A stretch of DNA of 34,169 nt from Syntrophomonadaceae bacterium (GTDB taxonomy: Bacteria > Bacillota > Dethiobacteria > DTU022). Positions 9,431-17,494 of this stretch are shown here, one piece after another. The DNA is taken from contig SLQM01000210.1 of the NCBI GenBank assembly GCA_007131435.1, positions 1 to 34,169 on the forward strand, read 5' to 3'. Both the position numbers and the translations under genes were made by a program. Numbering within the stretch: position 1 is the stretch's first letter; each line of letters begins with the position of its first letter. The notes below the pieces were generated by a model. That model saw only the letters and a list, made by a program, of their open reading frames with translations, was not told where the DNA came from and ran no database searches.

Positions 9431-9451
9431 GCCTACTTGAGAGGTGAACAG

Positions 9452-10366
9452 ATGGCTTTACATGAAATTTTACTACAACAGCTATTTAACGGCTTACTGA
9501 TCGGGTCTTTTTACGGGCTTGTCGCCATTGGTTATTCCATGGTATACGGCATTATAAAACTCTTAAACTTTGCTCATGGGGATATTTACATGATCGGCGC
9601 GTTTTGCGGTCTAATATTCCTCACAATTGCCGCTCCGGTAATAGGAGCCGGGTGGCCATCACTGATCGTGGGCCTGCTGATCAGCATGACACTGGTAGGC
9701 CTTTTGGGGGTTGTTATCCAAAGAGTTGCTTACAGGCCAATGCTTAAGGCACCCAGACTTTCTATTTTGATTACAGCCCTGGCTGTATCAATGATTCTTT
9801 ACAATACTGTGATGATCTTATCTGCAGGCCGTTATCGCGTCTTTCCTGCAGAGGTTGGAACAGAAAGTTTCTTCATCGGCACACTTCGTTTTACTGAAAC
9901 CAGGATTATATTGATAGTAGCCGCTTTTACACTGATGTTTATATTGCACATGTTTATAACCCGGACCATGTACGGCAAGGCTATGCGCGCCATAGCCCTT
10001 GATCGCGACACATGCCAGCTAATGGGTATAGATGTTTACAAAATTATTGCCATAACCTTTTTTGTTGGATCTGCACTGGCTGCAGCCGCAGGGATCATGG
10101 CCGGTGTTTATTACGGCACCATTCACTTTTTTATGGGCTTCCTGATCGGTTTAAAAGCTTTTACTGCCGCGGTGATCGGCGGGATTGGTATAATACCGGG
10201 AGCAATGCTTGGTGGGCTGCTTCTGGGCCTTTTGGAGGCTTTTGGAACGCAAATACCTTTTATCGGAACGGTCTGGAAAGATGTCTTTTCATTTGCTTTT
10301 TTGATCCTGTTTTTAATTTTTAAGCCTAACGGCCTGCTGGGGCGTGCGGAAAGTGAGAGGATGTAG
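9452..10366 (+). CDS. livH: Branched-chain-amino-acid-type ABC permease (LivH family)
   Basis: This is a polytopic membrane protein with HAAT-family features (FAHGDIYMIGAF, C-terminal FKPNGLLG). The ATG at 9452 follows GAGAGGTG (9439-9446). The ORF-track TTG at 9437 is less likely. Confidence 0.88.
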   Translation: MALHEILLQQLFNGLLIGSFYGLVAIGYSMVYGIIKLLNFAHGDIYMIGAFCGLIFLTIAAPVIGAGWPSLIVGLLISMTLVGLLGVVIQRVAYRPMLKAPRLSILITALAVSMILYNTVMILSAGRYRVFPAEVGTESFFIGTLRFTETRIILIVAAFTLMFILHMFITRTMYGKAMRAIALDRDTCQLMGIDVYKIIAITFFVGSALAAAAGIMAGVYYGTIHFFMGFLIGLKAFTAAVIGGIGIIPGAMLGGLLLGLLEAFGTQIPFIGTVWKDVFSFAFLILFLIFKPNGLLGRAESERM

Positions 10367-10371
10367 CTACT

Positions 10372-11376
10372 ATGGCAGAAACAAAAATTAAACGCAAAGT
10401 AACTGACACTATAGATAGCGTCATCATAACCTTGTTCCGAATTTTCGACAACAAGGTTTACCGCTACACCTTCCTGTTTGCAGCAGCTGCTTTTTTGATA
10501 GTGCTGCCTAATCTTTCAAGTAGGTTCACTCAGGAGATTATGACAAATCTTTTTTTCTACGTGGTGGTTTGCCTGGGCCTGAATATAATAGTTGGCTATG
10601 CCGGTTTGCTGCATCTAGGCTATGCTGCTTTTTTTGCGGTCGGCGCGTACACTACTGGCATATTAAGCTCCAGGATGGGTATGGACTTCTGGTTAACCAT
10701 CCCTTTCAGCGTTTTTGCTGCGGTTTTGGCCGGCCTTGCCATAGGTTTTCCCACCTTGAGACTACGTGGTGATTACCTGGCCATTGTTACCCTCGGTTTC
10801 GGGGAAATAACCAGGTTAACAATCAGAAACTTAGATATCACCGGTGGCGCTGTAGGGTTAATCGGTATACAGCGGCCTGTTTTATTTGGTATCACCCTGA
10901 ACCAGATTTCTCATTTCTATTATATGTTTTTTATATTAGCAATCCTGGCTATATTTGTTTCATACAGGCTTCATGATTCACGGATGGGTAGATCATGGGA
11001 GTATATCAGGGAAGATGAAGATGCAGCAGCGGCTATGGGTATAAATGTTACTACTTCAAGACTATACGCCTTTGTAATTGGCTCTTCATTCGGAGCCGTG
11101 GCCGGCTCATTTTTTGCAGCCAAGATGACAGCTATATCGCCAGATTCATTCATGTTTATCCATTCGGTTATGTTCTTGATGGCCGTAGTTTTGGGAGGGA
11201 TGGGTAAAATCCCTGGCGTTGTCCTGGGCTGTATAATTGTAGTGCTTATACCTGAGATATCAAGGGATATCGGGCAATACAGGCTTTTGATATTTGCTGT
11301 AATGCTTTTGATCATTATGCTTTACCGACCGCAGGGTATATGGCCGGACAGGCCGACCATATCAGCCAAAGAATAA
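10372..11376 (+). CDS. livM: Branched-chain-amino-acid-type ABC permease (LivM family)
   Basis: This is a hydrophobic protein with LivM blocks (LGYAAFFAVGAY, LRGDYLAIVTLGFGEI, YRPQGIW). It starts 5 nt after livH. Confidence 0.88.
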   Translation: MAETKIKRKVTDTIDSVIITLFRIFDNKVYRYTFLFAAAAFLIVLPNLSSRFTQEIMTNLFFYVVVCLGLNIIVGYAGLLHLGYAAFFAVGAYTTGILSSRMGMDFWLTIPFSVFAAVLAGLAIGFPTLRLRGDYLAIVTLGFGEITRLTIRNLDITGGAVGLIGIQRPVLFGITLNQISHFYYMFFILAILAIFVSYRLHDSRMGRSWEYIREDEDAAAAMGINVTTSRLYAFVIGSSFGAVAGSFFAAKMTAISPDSFMFIHSVMFLMAVVLGGMGKIPGVVLGCIIVVLIPEISRDIGQYRLLIFAVMLLIIMLYRPQGIWPDRPTISAKE

Positions 11377-11390
11377 TAGGGGGTGTTTAA

Positions 11391-12170
11391 GTGGCACTGC
11401 TTGAAATAAAAGACTTAACTTTAAGATTCGGCGGGTTGTGCGCCGTAAATGCCCTCTCGCTGGAGATAGAAGATGGTTCAATAAGGAGTTTGATTGGCCC
11501 TAATGGTGCCGGCAAAACCTGTGTTTTCAATTGCTTAACCGGTTTTTACAAGCCCAGTGAAGGTGAAATGCTGTTCCAGGGGACTAGCCTGGTCAACAAG
11601 AAGCCCCACTATATAACTTATTTAGGGTTAGCCCGTACTTTTCAAAACCTGCGCCTTTTTAAAGAAATGACTGTGCTTGAGAATGTAATGTCTGGCATGC
11701 ACTGCCGAACGAACGCCGCATTCCTGACAACAGTATTAAGAACAAAAGGTCAAAAAGCAGAAGAAAAGCATATTCGTGAAGTGTCAGAAGAGTGTCTTGA
11801 CTTTGTTGGTATTCTTGACAAGAAGAACTATATGGCCAGGAACCTGCCTTACGGGGATCAACGCCGGGTGGAGTGGGCCAGGGCGTTGGCAACTCAGCCG
11901 AAACTGTTATTACTGGATGAACCTGCAGCAGGCCTGAATAAAGATGAGAAGGCAAGATTAATTAAATTAATGCACCGAATAAGGGACGAGCGAAGTATTA
12001 CTATATTCCTGATTGAGCACGATATGGGCCTGGTAATGAAAATCTCAGAAAAAATATTTGTAATTGATTATGGGGTGAAGATTGCCGAAGGAACAGCACA
12101 GGAAGTCCGTGACAATCCAAAAGTTGTGGAAGCTTACTTAGGAAAAGAGGAAGAGGAGGAGAGTGCATGA
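11391..12170 (+). CDS. livG: ABC transporter ATP-binding protein (LivG family)
   Basis: Walker A (GPNGAGKT), the signature-like LPYGDQRRVEWARAL and Walker B (LLLLDEPAAGL) are present. The start is GTG, after AGGGGGTG. Confidence 0.9.
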   Translation: MALLEIKDLTLRFGGLCAVNALSLEIEDGSIRSLIGPNGAGKTCVFNCLTGFYKPSEGEMLFQGTSLVNKKPHYITYLGLARTFQNLRLFKEMTVLENVMSGMHCRTNAAFLTTVLRTKGQKAEEKHIREVSEECLDFVGILDKKNYMARNLPYGDQRRVEWARALATQPKLLLLDEPAAGLNKDEKARLIKLMHRIRDERSITIFLIEHDMGLVMKISEKIFVIDYGVKIAEGTAQEVRDNPKVVEAYLGKEEEEESA

Positions 12171-12886
12171 GTCAACCAGTTCTTTCTCTAAATAACCTTG
12201 AAACCAGGTACGGACAAATTTATGCCCTGCGTGGAATAAACATTGAAGTAAAAGAAGGAGAAATTGTAGCCCTTTTGGGTGCAAATGGCGCTGGAAAGAG
12301 TACTACACTTAAAACTATTTCAAGCCTGATCCAGGCCTCTGCAGGAAATGTTGTGTTCCAGGGCCAGGATATTACCTATCATCACCCGCATACTATAGTA
12401 GAAATGGGCGTTATACATGTGCCGGAAGGCCGGATGATCTTTAAGGAGCTAACGGTAAAAGAGAACCTAGAGCTTGGCTCTTTCACCCTGCATGATAATG
12501 TTGAACGGAAAAAAAGAATGAAGCGAGCTTTCGAAATGTTTCCAAGGTTGGAAGAAAGGCAGCAGCAAATGGGTGGATTTTTGTCCGGTGGAGAACAGCA
12601 AATGCTGGCAATTGCCCGGGCCTTGATGACTGAGCCAAAAGTTCTGCTGCTTGACGAGCCATCCATGGGCCTTGCGCCAATTATTGTAAACAACATTATG
12701 GATATTATCCGGCAAATTAACAAGGAGCAGGGGACAACAATACTTCTTGTCGAACAAAATGCAAAGGCAGCTTTAAAACTTGCCCACAGGGGTTATGTAC
12801 TCGAAACGGGTGAAATTGTTATGGAAGGAAATGCGGAAGATCTGAGCAAAGACGAGAGTATTGTCAAAGCTTATCTTGGTGAATAA
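12167..12886 (+). CDS. livF: ABC transporter ATP-binding protein (LivF family)
   Basis: Walker A (GANGAGKST), the signature LSGGEQQMLAIARAL and Walker B (LLLDEPSMGLAP) are present. The start overlaps the livG stop as ATGA. Confidence 0.9.
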   Translation: MSQPVLSLNNLETRYGQIYALRGINIEVKEGEIVALLGANGAGKSTTLKTISSLIQASAGNVVFQGQDITYHHPHTIVEMGVIHVPEGRMIFKELTVKENLELGSFTLHDNVERKKRMKRAFEMFPRLEERQQQMGGFLSGGEQQMLAIARALMTEPKVLLLDEPSMGLAPIIVNNIMDIIRQINKEQGTTILLVEQNAKAALKLAHRGYVLETGEIVMEGNAEDLSKDESIVKAYLGE

Positions 12887-12917
12887 CTTAAGAATTTAAG
12901 GTTAAATATTTTATTCG

Positions 12918-12950
12918 GAAGAGGTTATTTTTATAACCTCTTCGTCTGTT
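12918..12950 (+). terminator. Rho-independent terminator of the ABC transporter operon
   Basis: GAAGAGGTTAT (12918-12928) pairs perfectly with ATAACCTCTTC (12933-12943) across a TTTT loop. The stem is followed by GTCTGTT, which is only a weak U-tract. Confidence 0.65.
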
Positions 12951-12993
12951 AAATGGTTATAAGTGTTCGATATCCAAGTATGAAGGAGCGATT

Positions 12994-14019
12994 ATGTTGA
13001 ACTGGAAACCACCGGATAACTGGCTTAGAATTAAGGCTATTGATGCACATACTGCCGGAGAACCGCTGCGCATCTATACAGCAGGTTACCCCGAACCACA
13101 GGGTAATACCATTTTAGAGAAACGCCGCTATGCTTTAGAGAATTTGGACTACCTGAGAACCGCGACAATGTGGGAACCGCGAGGGCATGCCGATATGTAC
13201 GGCTGCCTGATAACTGATCCTGTAACAGAAGATGGGGATATTGGTGTTCTTTTTTTGCACAATGAAGGCTATAGCAGTATGTGCGGTCACGGTATAATAG
13301 CTATAACAAAAGTCGGACTTGAAACAGGTTTGCTAAAAAACATAAAAGATAATAAAACAGTTCGAATTGATACACCCGCAGGCAGGGTAACTGCAACAGC
13401 GGCCTGGAAAGACGGTCTTGTCAGCGAGGTGTCTTTTAATAACGTTCCATCATTTCTCCAGGAATCTGACCAGGAAATTGATCTGCCTGGCTTAGGCATA
13501 GTTAAGTACGATCTGGCCTTTGGTGGTGCCTACTACGCACTGGTCAAGGCTGAAGATTTACAGGTCGGGCTTTCAGCTTCCAGTTTTCGCCGTTTAATAG
13601 AGCTTGGGATAAGCTTGAAACAGGCCATTGCCGGCAGTAGAGAAATTGTTCATCCTTTTGAAAAAGATCTTGGATTTCTCTATGGGGTTATTTTTATTGG
13701 CGATCCGGAAGATAAGAATAATCACAGCAGAAATGTTTGTGTCTTTGCGGATGGAGAAGTGGATAGAAGCCCAACCGGTACCGGTGTCAGCGCCAGGGCA
13801 GCAGTGCATTACAGCCGCGGTGAAATAGATCTAAACCAGCCATTTACAGTTGAGTCAATCCTCGGAACATGCTTTAGAGGGGAAGCGATAGAGGAAATCC
13901 AATACGGGCCTTACCGGGCTGTAATTCCGAAAATTACCGGTTCAGCCCATATCTGCGGTTTAAACACTTTACTTATCGATCCTGAAGATTCTCTTAAACA
14001 CGGGTTTATTTTGCGTTAA
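12994..14019 (+). CDS. Proline racemase superfamily protein with a Cys/Thr catalytic pair: predicted trans-3-hydroxy-L-proline dehydratase
   Basis: The first catalytic motif, SSMCGHG, has a Cys at codon 97 (13282-13284). The second motif reads DRSPTGTG, with Thr at codon 261 (13774-13776), where racemases and epimerases have DRSPCGTG. A GAAGGAG RBS precedes the ATG. Confidence 0.8.
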   Translation: MLNWKPPDNWLRIKAIDAHTAGEPLRIYTAGYPEPQGNTILEKRRYALENLDYLRTATMWEPRGHADMYGCLITDPVTEDGDIGVLFLHNEGYSSMCGHGIIAITKVGLETGLLKNIKDNKTVRIDTPAGRVTATAAWKDGLVSEVSFNNVPSFLQESDQEIDLPGLGIVKYDLAFGGAYYALVKAEDLQVGLSASSFRRLIELGISLKQAIAGSREIVHPFEKDLGFLYGVIFIGDPEDKNNHSRNVCVFADGEVDRSPTGTGVSARAAVHYSRGEIDLNQPFTVESILGTCFRGEAIEEIQYGPYRAVIPKITGSAHICGLNTLLIDPEDSLKHGFILR

Positions 14020-14974
14020 AGCCGCTTCCCACGGTGACCGGGATATTTTTGCTTTTGCTGTTCATACCGGCAGATATTGCTTCAAGTTCCCGTGTAGTGT
14101 GCGTAGCCAATGTTGAACAGTTATAAACCTGGCCTAAATGATCGTAAGTTTCGCTGCCCAAACGGTGGTATGGCAGAAGTTCAATTAGTTTTACCTTTGG
14201 AAGCTTTTCTACAAACTGCAGTGTTCCCATCAGGTTTTGCATATCGTCATTAAAACCCTTGATCAGGGGTATACGGATCACCAAGCTAAACGGATTAGGG
14301 CTTGACGAAGTTTTTAGTAAGTTGTCCAAGATAATTTCATTACCTTCACCAGTCCACTTCTTGTGAACTTTACTGTTTATATGTTTTATATCCACGTAGA
14401 GTAAATCAAGCAGAGGCAGTATTGTATAAATTATTTGTGAATCAGCAAAAAAACAGCTCTCCATTGCCGTATGAATTCCTGCTTTTTTAGAGCTCTTGAG
14501 GATCGCAGCAGTAAATAAAGGCTGCGCAAGTGGTTCTCCACCGCTGATGGTAATGCCTCCGCCGGAGTGATAATAGAATATTTCATCCTTTGCGATTTCT
14601 TCCATCACCTGGTTAACCGTCATCCGGTAGCCATATTTTTTAACAGCCCCGTTTAGGCAGGCATCTGCACAACTAAAGCATAATGCACATTCATGATTCT
14701 TATAGGTAACCTTATCTCCTGTGCTGCAGGTGGAAAGAGCTCCAGAAGGACATATATTAACGCACCTTCCACATGCGCTGCATAAACTCCTGATATAACC
14801 TCTTTCCATGCCGGAATCCCTGGACTCAGGGGTAGAGCACCAGGGGCAATTTAAAGGGCATCCTTTTAAAAATATTACTGTCCGTAACCCCTGGCCATCA
14901 TGAATCGAGGATCTTTCAAACCTGAGGACATTACCTGCCAGGTGGCCTGTGTTGGTAGTACCGTTAATAGACAT
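14006..14974 (-). CDS. Glycyl-radical enzyme activating enzyme (radical SAM) for the upstream GRE
   Basis: The radical SAM motif CPLNCPWC is preceded by IHDGQGLRTVIFLKGC. A ferredoxin-like insert has two Cys clusters (CSACGRCVNICP, CALCFSCADAC), and a GGGITISGGEPL SAM-binding block is present. The start lies 3 nt after the GRE stop, with an internal GGTGGGA RBS. Confidence 0.9.
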   Translation of the reverse strand: MSINGTTNTGHLAGNVLRFERSSIHDGQGLRTVIFLKGCPLNCPWCSTPESRDSGMERGYIRSLCSACGRCVNICPSGALSTCSTGDKVTYKNHECALCFSCADACLNGAVKKYGYRMTVNQVMEEIAKDEIFYYHSGGGITISGGEPLAQPLFTAAILKSSKKAGIHTAMESCFFADSQIIYTILPLLDLLYVDIKHINSKVHKKWTGEGNEIILDNLLKTSSSPNPFSLVIRIPLIKGFNDDMQNLMGTLQFVEKLPKVKLIELLPYHRLGSETYDHLGQVYNCSTLATHTTRELEAISAGMNSKSKNIPVTVGSGFNAK

Positions 14975-14977
14975 ACA

Positions 14978-17392
14978 TTATCCCACCGATATGCCATGCT
15001 GGACGGTGCGCCCTATTATTTCATCCTGCACATCTTTACCCAATTCAGAAAAATAGGCGGTATATCCTGCAACACGAACTAGCAGGCCCTTGTATTGTTC
15101 AGGATTATTTTGAGCATCGATTAAAGTCTTTTGGTCTATTACATTAAACTGCACATGGTAAACTCCCAGGCTGCACATGCTTTTTAGAAGGGCCATCAGC
15201 TGGCTTATGCCATTTTCTGTTTGAAGCATGGCCGGTTCAACTTTTAAATTTAACAGGGTTCCCTGCACAAAGCGTCCATGAGGAAGATGGGCTACTGATT
15301 TCAAGACAGAGCCCGGGCCGTTTAAGTCAGTACCACCACTTGGACTTACACCATCAGCCAAAGGCTGCCAAGCTTTTCGTCCTGAAGGGAGCGCTCCCAC
15401 TTCCAGCCCAAATGGGGTATTCCCGGATACAGGCAAGATACCTGGCGTCATCCTGCCATACTTGCCTTCATATTTCTCAATTTCATCTGCTATAAAGGTA
15501 AATACTTCTCCTGCAATATGATCAACAAAGGGATCATCATTACCATACTTGGGAGCTTCCCTGCAGAATTTATGAATTTCTTCATACCCTTCGAAATCTT
15601 TATTTAAGGCGTCAATTAACATATCCATTGCAACTTTGCCAGTTTCAAATACAAGGTACTTTACAGCAGCCAGGCTGTTGACCAGGTCTGCAACACCGAT
15701 TAATATTATTCCGTTCCCCGCGTTATATTTCGCGCCTCCCCAGGCATAATCTAAGGCATTTTCAATACAATCTTTAAAGGTTAAAGAGAGCGCCGGGCAG
15801 GGGCGGCCAAGGCATATTTCATCAATAACATGACTTCCGGCGACTACTGCCTTTACAACATGGGCGAACTGTTTTTTAAATGCGTTAAAAAACTGATCGT
15901 AACTTTTAAATTCATTAACATTTCCTGAATCTGTGCCGATATACTGGCCGCTTTTCTGACTACGGCCATTAAACATGGTAAGCTCTACAACTGACCCCAG
16001 GTTAATATCTGCAAGGGCGGTATACTGCCGCATGCGCCCTTCCAGGTTGGTTTCAACACATCCGCAGGGATTCCAATTGTAGGCTTCTTTTAACGGCACG
16101 CCCTTATTCATCAGCATAATTATTCCCTGGTCATCATTATGAAAGGCTGGAAAACCGGTGCCAAGGCTGATTAGTTCAACAATTTTGCGCAAGAAGCTAT
16201 TCGGATTTTTTGCCAGGCTGTAACGGACTGACAGAGAAGGCTGGTAGAGCTGCACATCCATGGTAGACTGCAAGATCATGTAGGAAAGTTCATTAACGGC
16301 ATCTTTACCCGTATTGTCTACACCGCCAACACAGACATTTTGGAACATGGGGTAACCTGCAGCAAACTCGGCTGTCAGGGCATCCTGGAAAAGACAGGGT
16401 TCGCTAAATTTAACCCAGAGACAATTTAACAGTTCCTGCGCCTCATCTTTAGTGATCTTCCCATCCATGATATCTGCATGGAAGTAAGGAAAAAGGTATT
16501 GATCCATCCTGCCGGGGTTATAGCTGGCAGCATTTTGTTCCATAAAGATTGCAACCTGGTAGAAGTAGACGGACTGAAGGGCTTCGTGAAAAGTCCTGGC
16601 AGGGTTTAAGGGCACATGGCTGCATACTTCGGCTATACTCAACAGCTCTTTTTTACGCTTCTGATCATGTTCAATGGCTGCAAGTTTTTTTGCTTCTTCG
16701 GCATACCTTTCTGCCAACCTCACGATCCCCTCAGCTGCCAGGGTTAACGACTGCAGGTAACAATCTTTTTCATAATCTCCAGGTCTTGTAATATCAAGGT
16801 TTGCCCTTCTGCGGTTAATAGTATCAATAATACCCTTAATACCGGCTTTTAGCAGCCATTCATAACCCGCTGTTGTTTCTCCCCAACCGCGCACTGCTTT
16901 GCGATCGATATACACAACTCCGTTGTCACGAAGAGTTTTTGTGTTATCAGGTATCTGGGCCAGCCATTCTTCATAATTTGAGCGTCCCTGCCAGTACGGT
17001 TTTATTTCACTAAGAAATAAGTCGCGATCATCCGGTTTGAGGTAAAAGGGATCGTAAGGCCTGCTGCTGATTGTATCTAACTCACGGTCAAGAACTGACC
17101 AGCAGGAATCGGCACAAAGGATTCCTCCCCGGATTTTGCTTCCAGGGCAGCCAACTATCAGTTCATCGTCCCATATTTTAATAGTTTTTTCAAAACACTG
17201 CTTTTTAAAAGCACTTGCTTTTCGGATAACCAGCGGTTTTCCCTCAGATTCTCTAAAACCTTTAGTCAGCAGGTATGCATTTTCAAGATCCATTTCAGGG
17301 CTGGTTTTTAATACCCGTTTCTTTAAACGCTTAATTCTATCAGTGTATGCAGGCATATAATCCTGAGCAGGCTCATTTATGTCATAATCCAT
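14978..17392 (-). CDS. Glycyl radical enzyme, 1,2-eliminase (PFL2/glycerol-dehydratase-like) class, unknown substrate; not HypD-like in its active-site blocks
   Basis: The Gly-radical motif LLVRVAGYTAYF has its Gly at codon 776 (15065-15067). The Cys loop NPCGCVET has Cys445 and Glu447 (16052-16060). The protein is 804 aa, and an AGGGGG RBS lies 7 nt upstream of the ATG at 17392. Where HypD has APGHTV and WDAFCPGR, this protein has RGWGETTAGY and NAASYNPGR. Confidence 0.9.
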   Translation of the reverse strand: MDYDINEPAQDYMPAYTDRIKRLKKRVLKTSPEMDLENAYLLTKGFRESEGKPLVIRKASAFKKQCFEKTIKIWDDELIVGCPGSKIRGGILCADSCWSVLDRELDTISSRPYDPFYLKPDDRDLFLSEIKPYWQGRSNYEEWLAQIPDNTKTLRDNGVVYIDRKAVRGWGETTAGYEWLLKAGIKGIIDTINRRRANLDITRPGDYEKDCYLQSLTLAAEGIVRLAERYAEEAKKLAAIEHDQKRKKELLSIAEVCSHVPLNPARTFHEALQSVYFYQVAIFMEQNAASYNPGRMDQYLFPYFHADIMDGKITKDEAQELLNCLWVKFSEPCLFQDALTAEFAAGYPMFQNVCVGGVDNTGKDAVNELSYMILQSTMDVQLYQPSLSVRYSLAKNPNSFLRKIVELISLGTGFPAFHNDDQGIIMLMNKGVPLKEAYNWNPCGCVETNLEGRMRQYTALADINLGSVVELTMFNGRSQKSGQYIGTDSGNVNEFKSYDQFFNAFKKQFAHVVKAVVAGSHVIDEICLGRPCPALSLTFKDCIENALDYAWGGAKYNAGNGIILIGVADLVNSLAAVKYLVFETGKVAMDMLIDALNKDFEGYEEIHKFCREAPKYGNDDPFVDHIAGEVFTFIADEIEKYEGKYGRMTPGILPVSGNTPFGLEVGALPSGRKAWQPLADGVSPSGGTDLNGPGSVLKSVAHLPHGRFVQGTLLNLKVEPAMLQTENGISQLMALLKSMCSLGVYHVQFNVIDQKTLIDAQNNPEQYKGLLVRVAGYTAYFSELGKDVQDEIIGRTVQHGISVG

Positions 17393-17462
17393 GTTAACGC
17401 CCCCTATGATCAGCGGTAAAGCTTAATTTAATATATTTAGTATAACATATGAATTAATTATT

Positions 17463-17471
17463 TGTTATAAT
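17463..17471 (+). promoter_or_regulatory. Extended -10 promoter (TGtTATAAT) for the activase/hypD operon, within a 102-bp divergent control region
   Basis: TGTTATAAT at 17463-17471 matches TGnTATAAT exactly, about 24 nt upstream of the GTG start at 17495. The -35 element is weak (TAACAT). Confidence 0.5.
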
Positions 17472-17494
17472 TAGTAATGAGGTGTACATAACTG

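Noticed and set aside
17340-17348. A second copy of the 9-mer TCAGTGTAT (the right operator arm plus the start of the -10 element at 22886-22894), inside the 5' end of the GRE1 gene.
   Set aside because: Only a half-site is present, with no partner arm. It lies within coding sequence and was found post hoc. A chance occurrence of a 9-mer in about 68 kb of two-strand sequence is not very unlikely.
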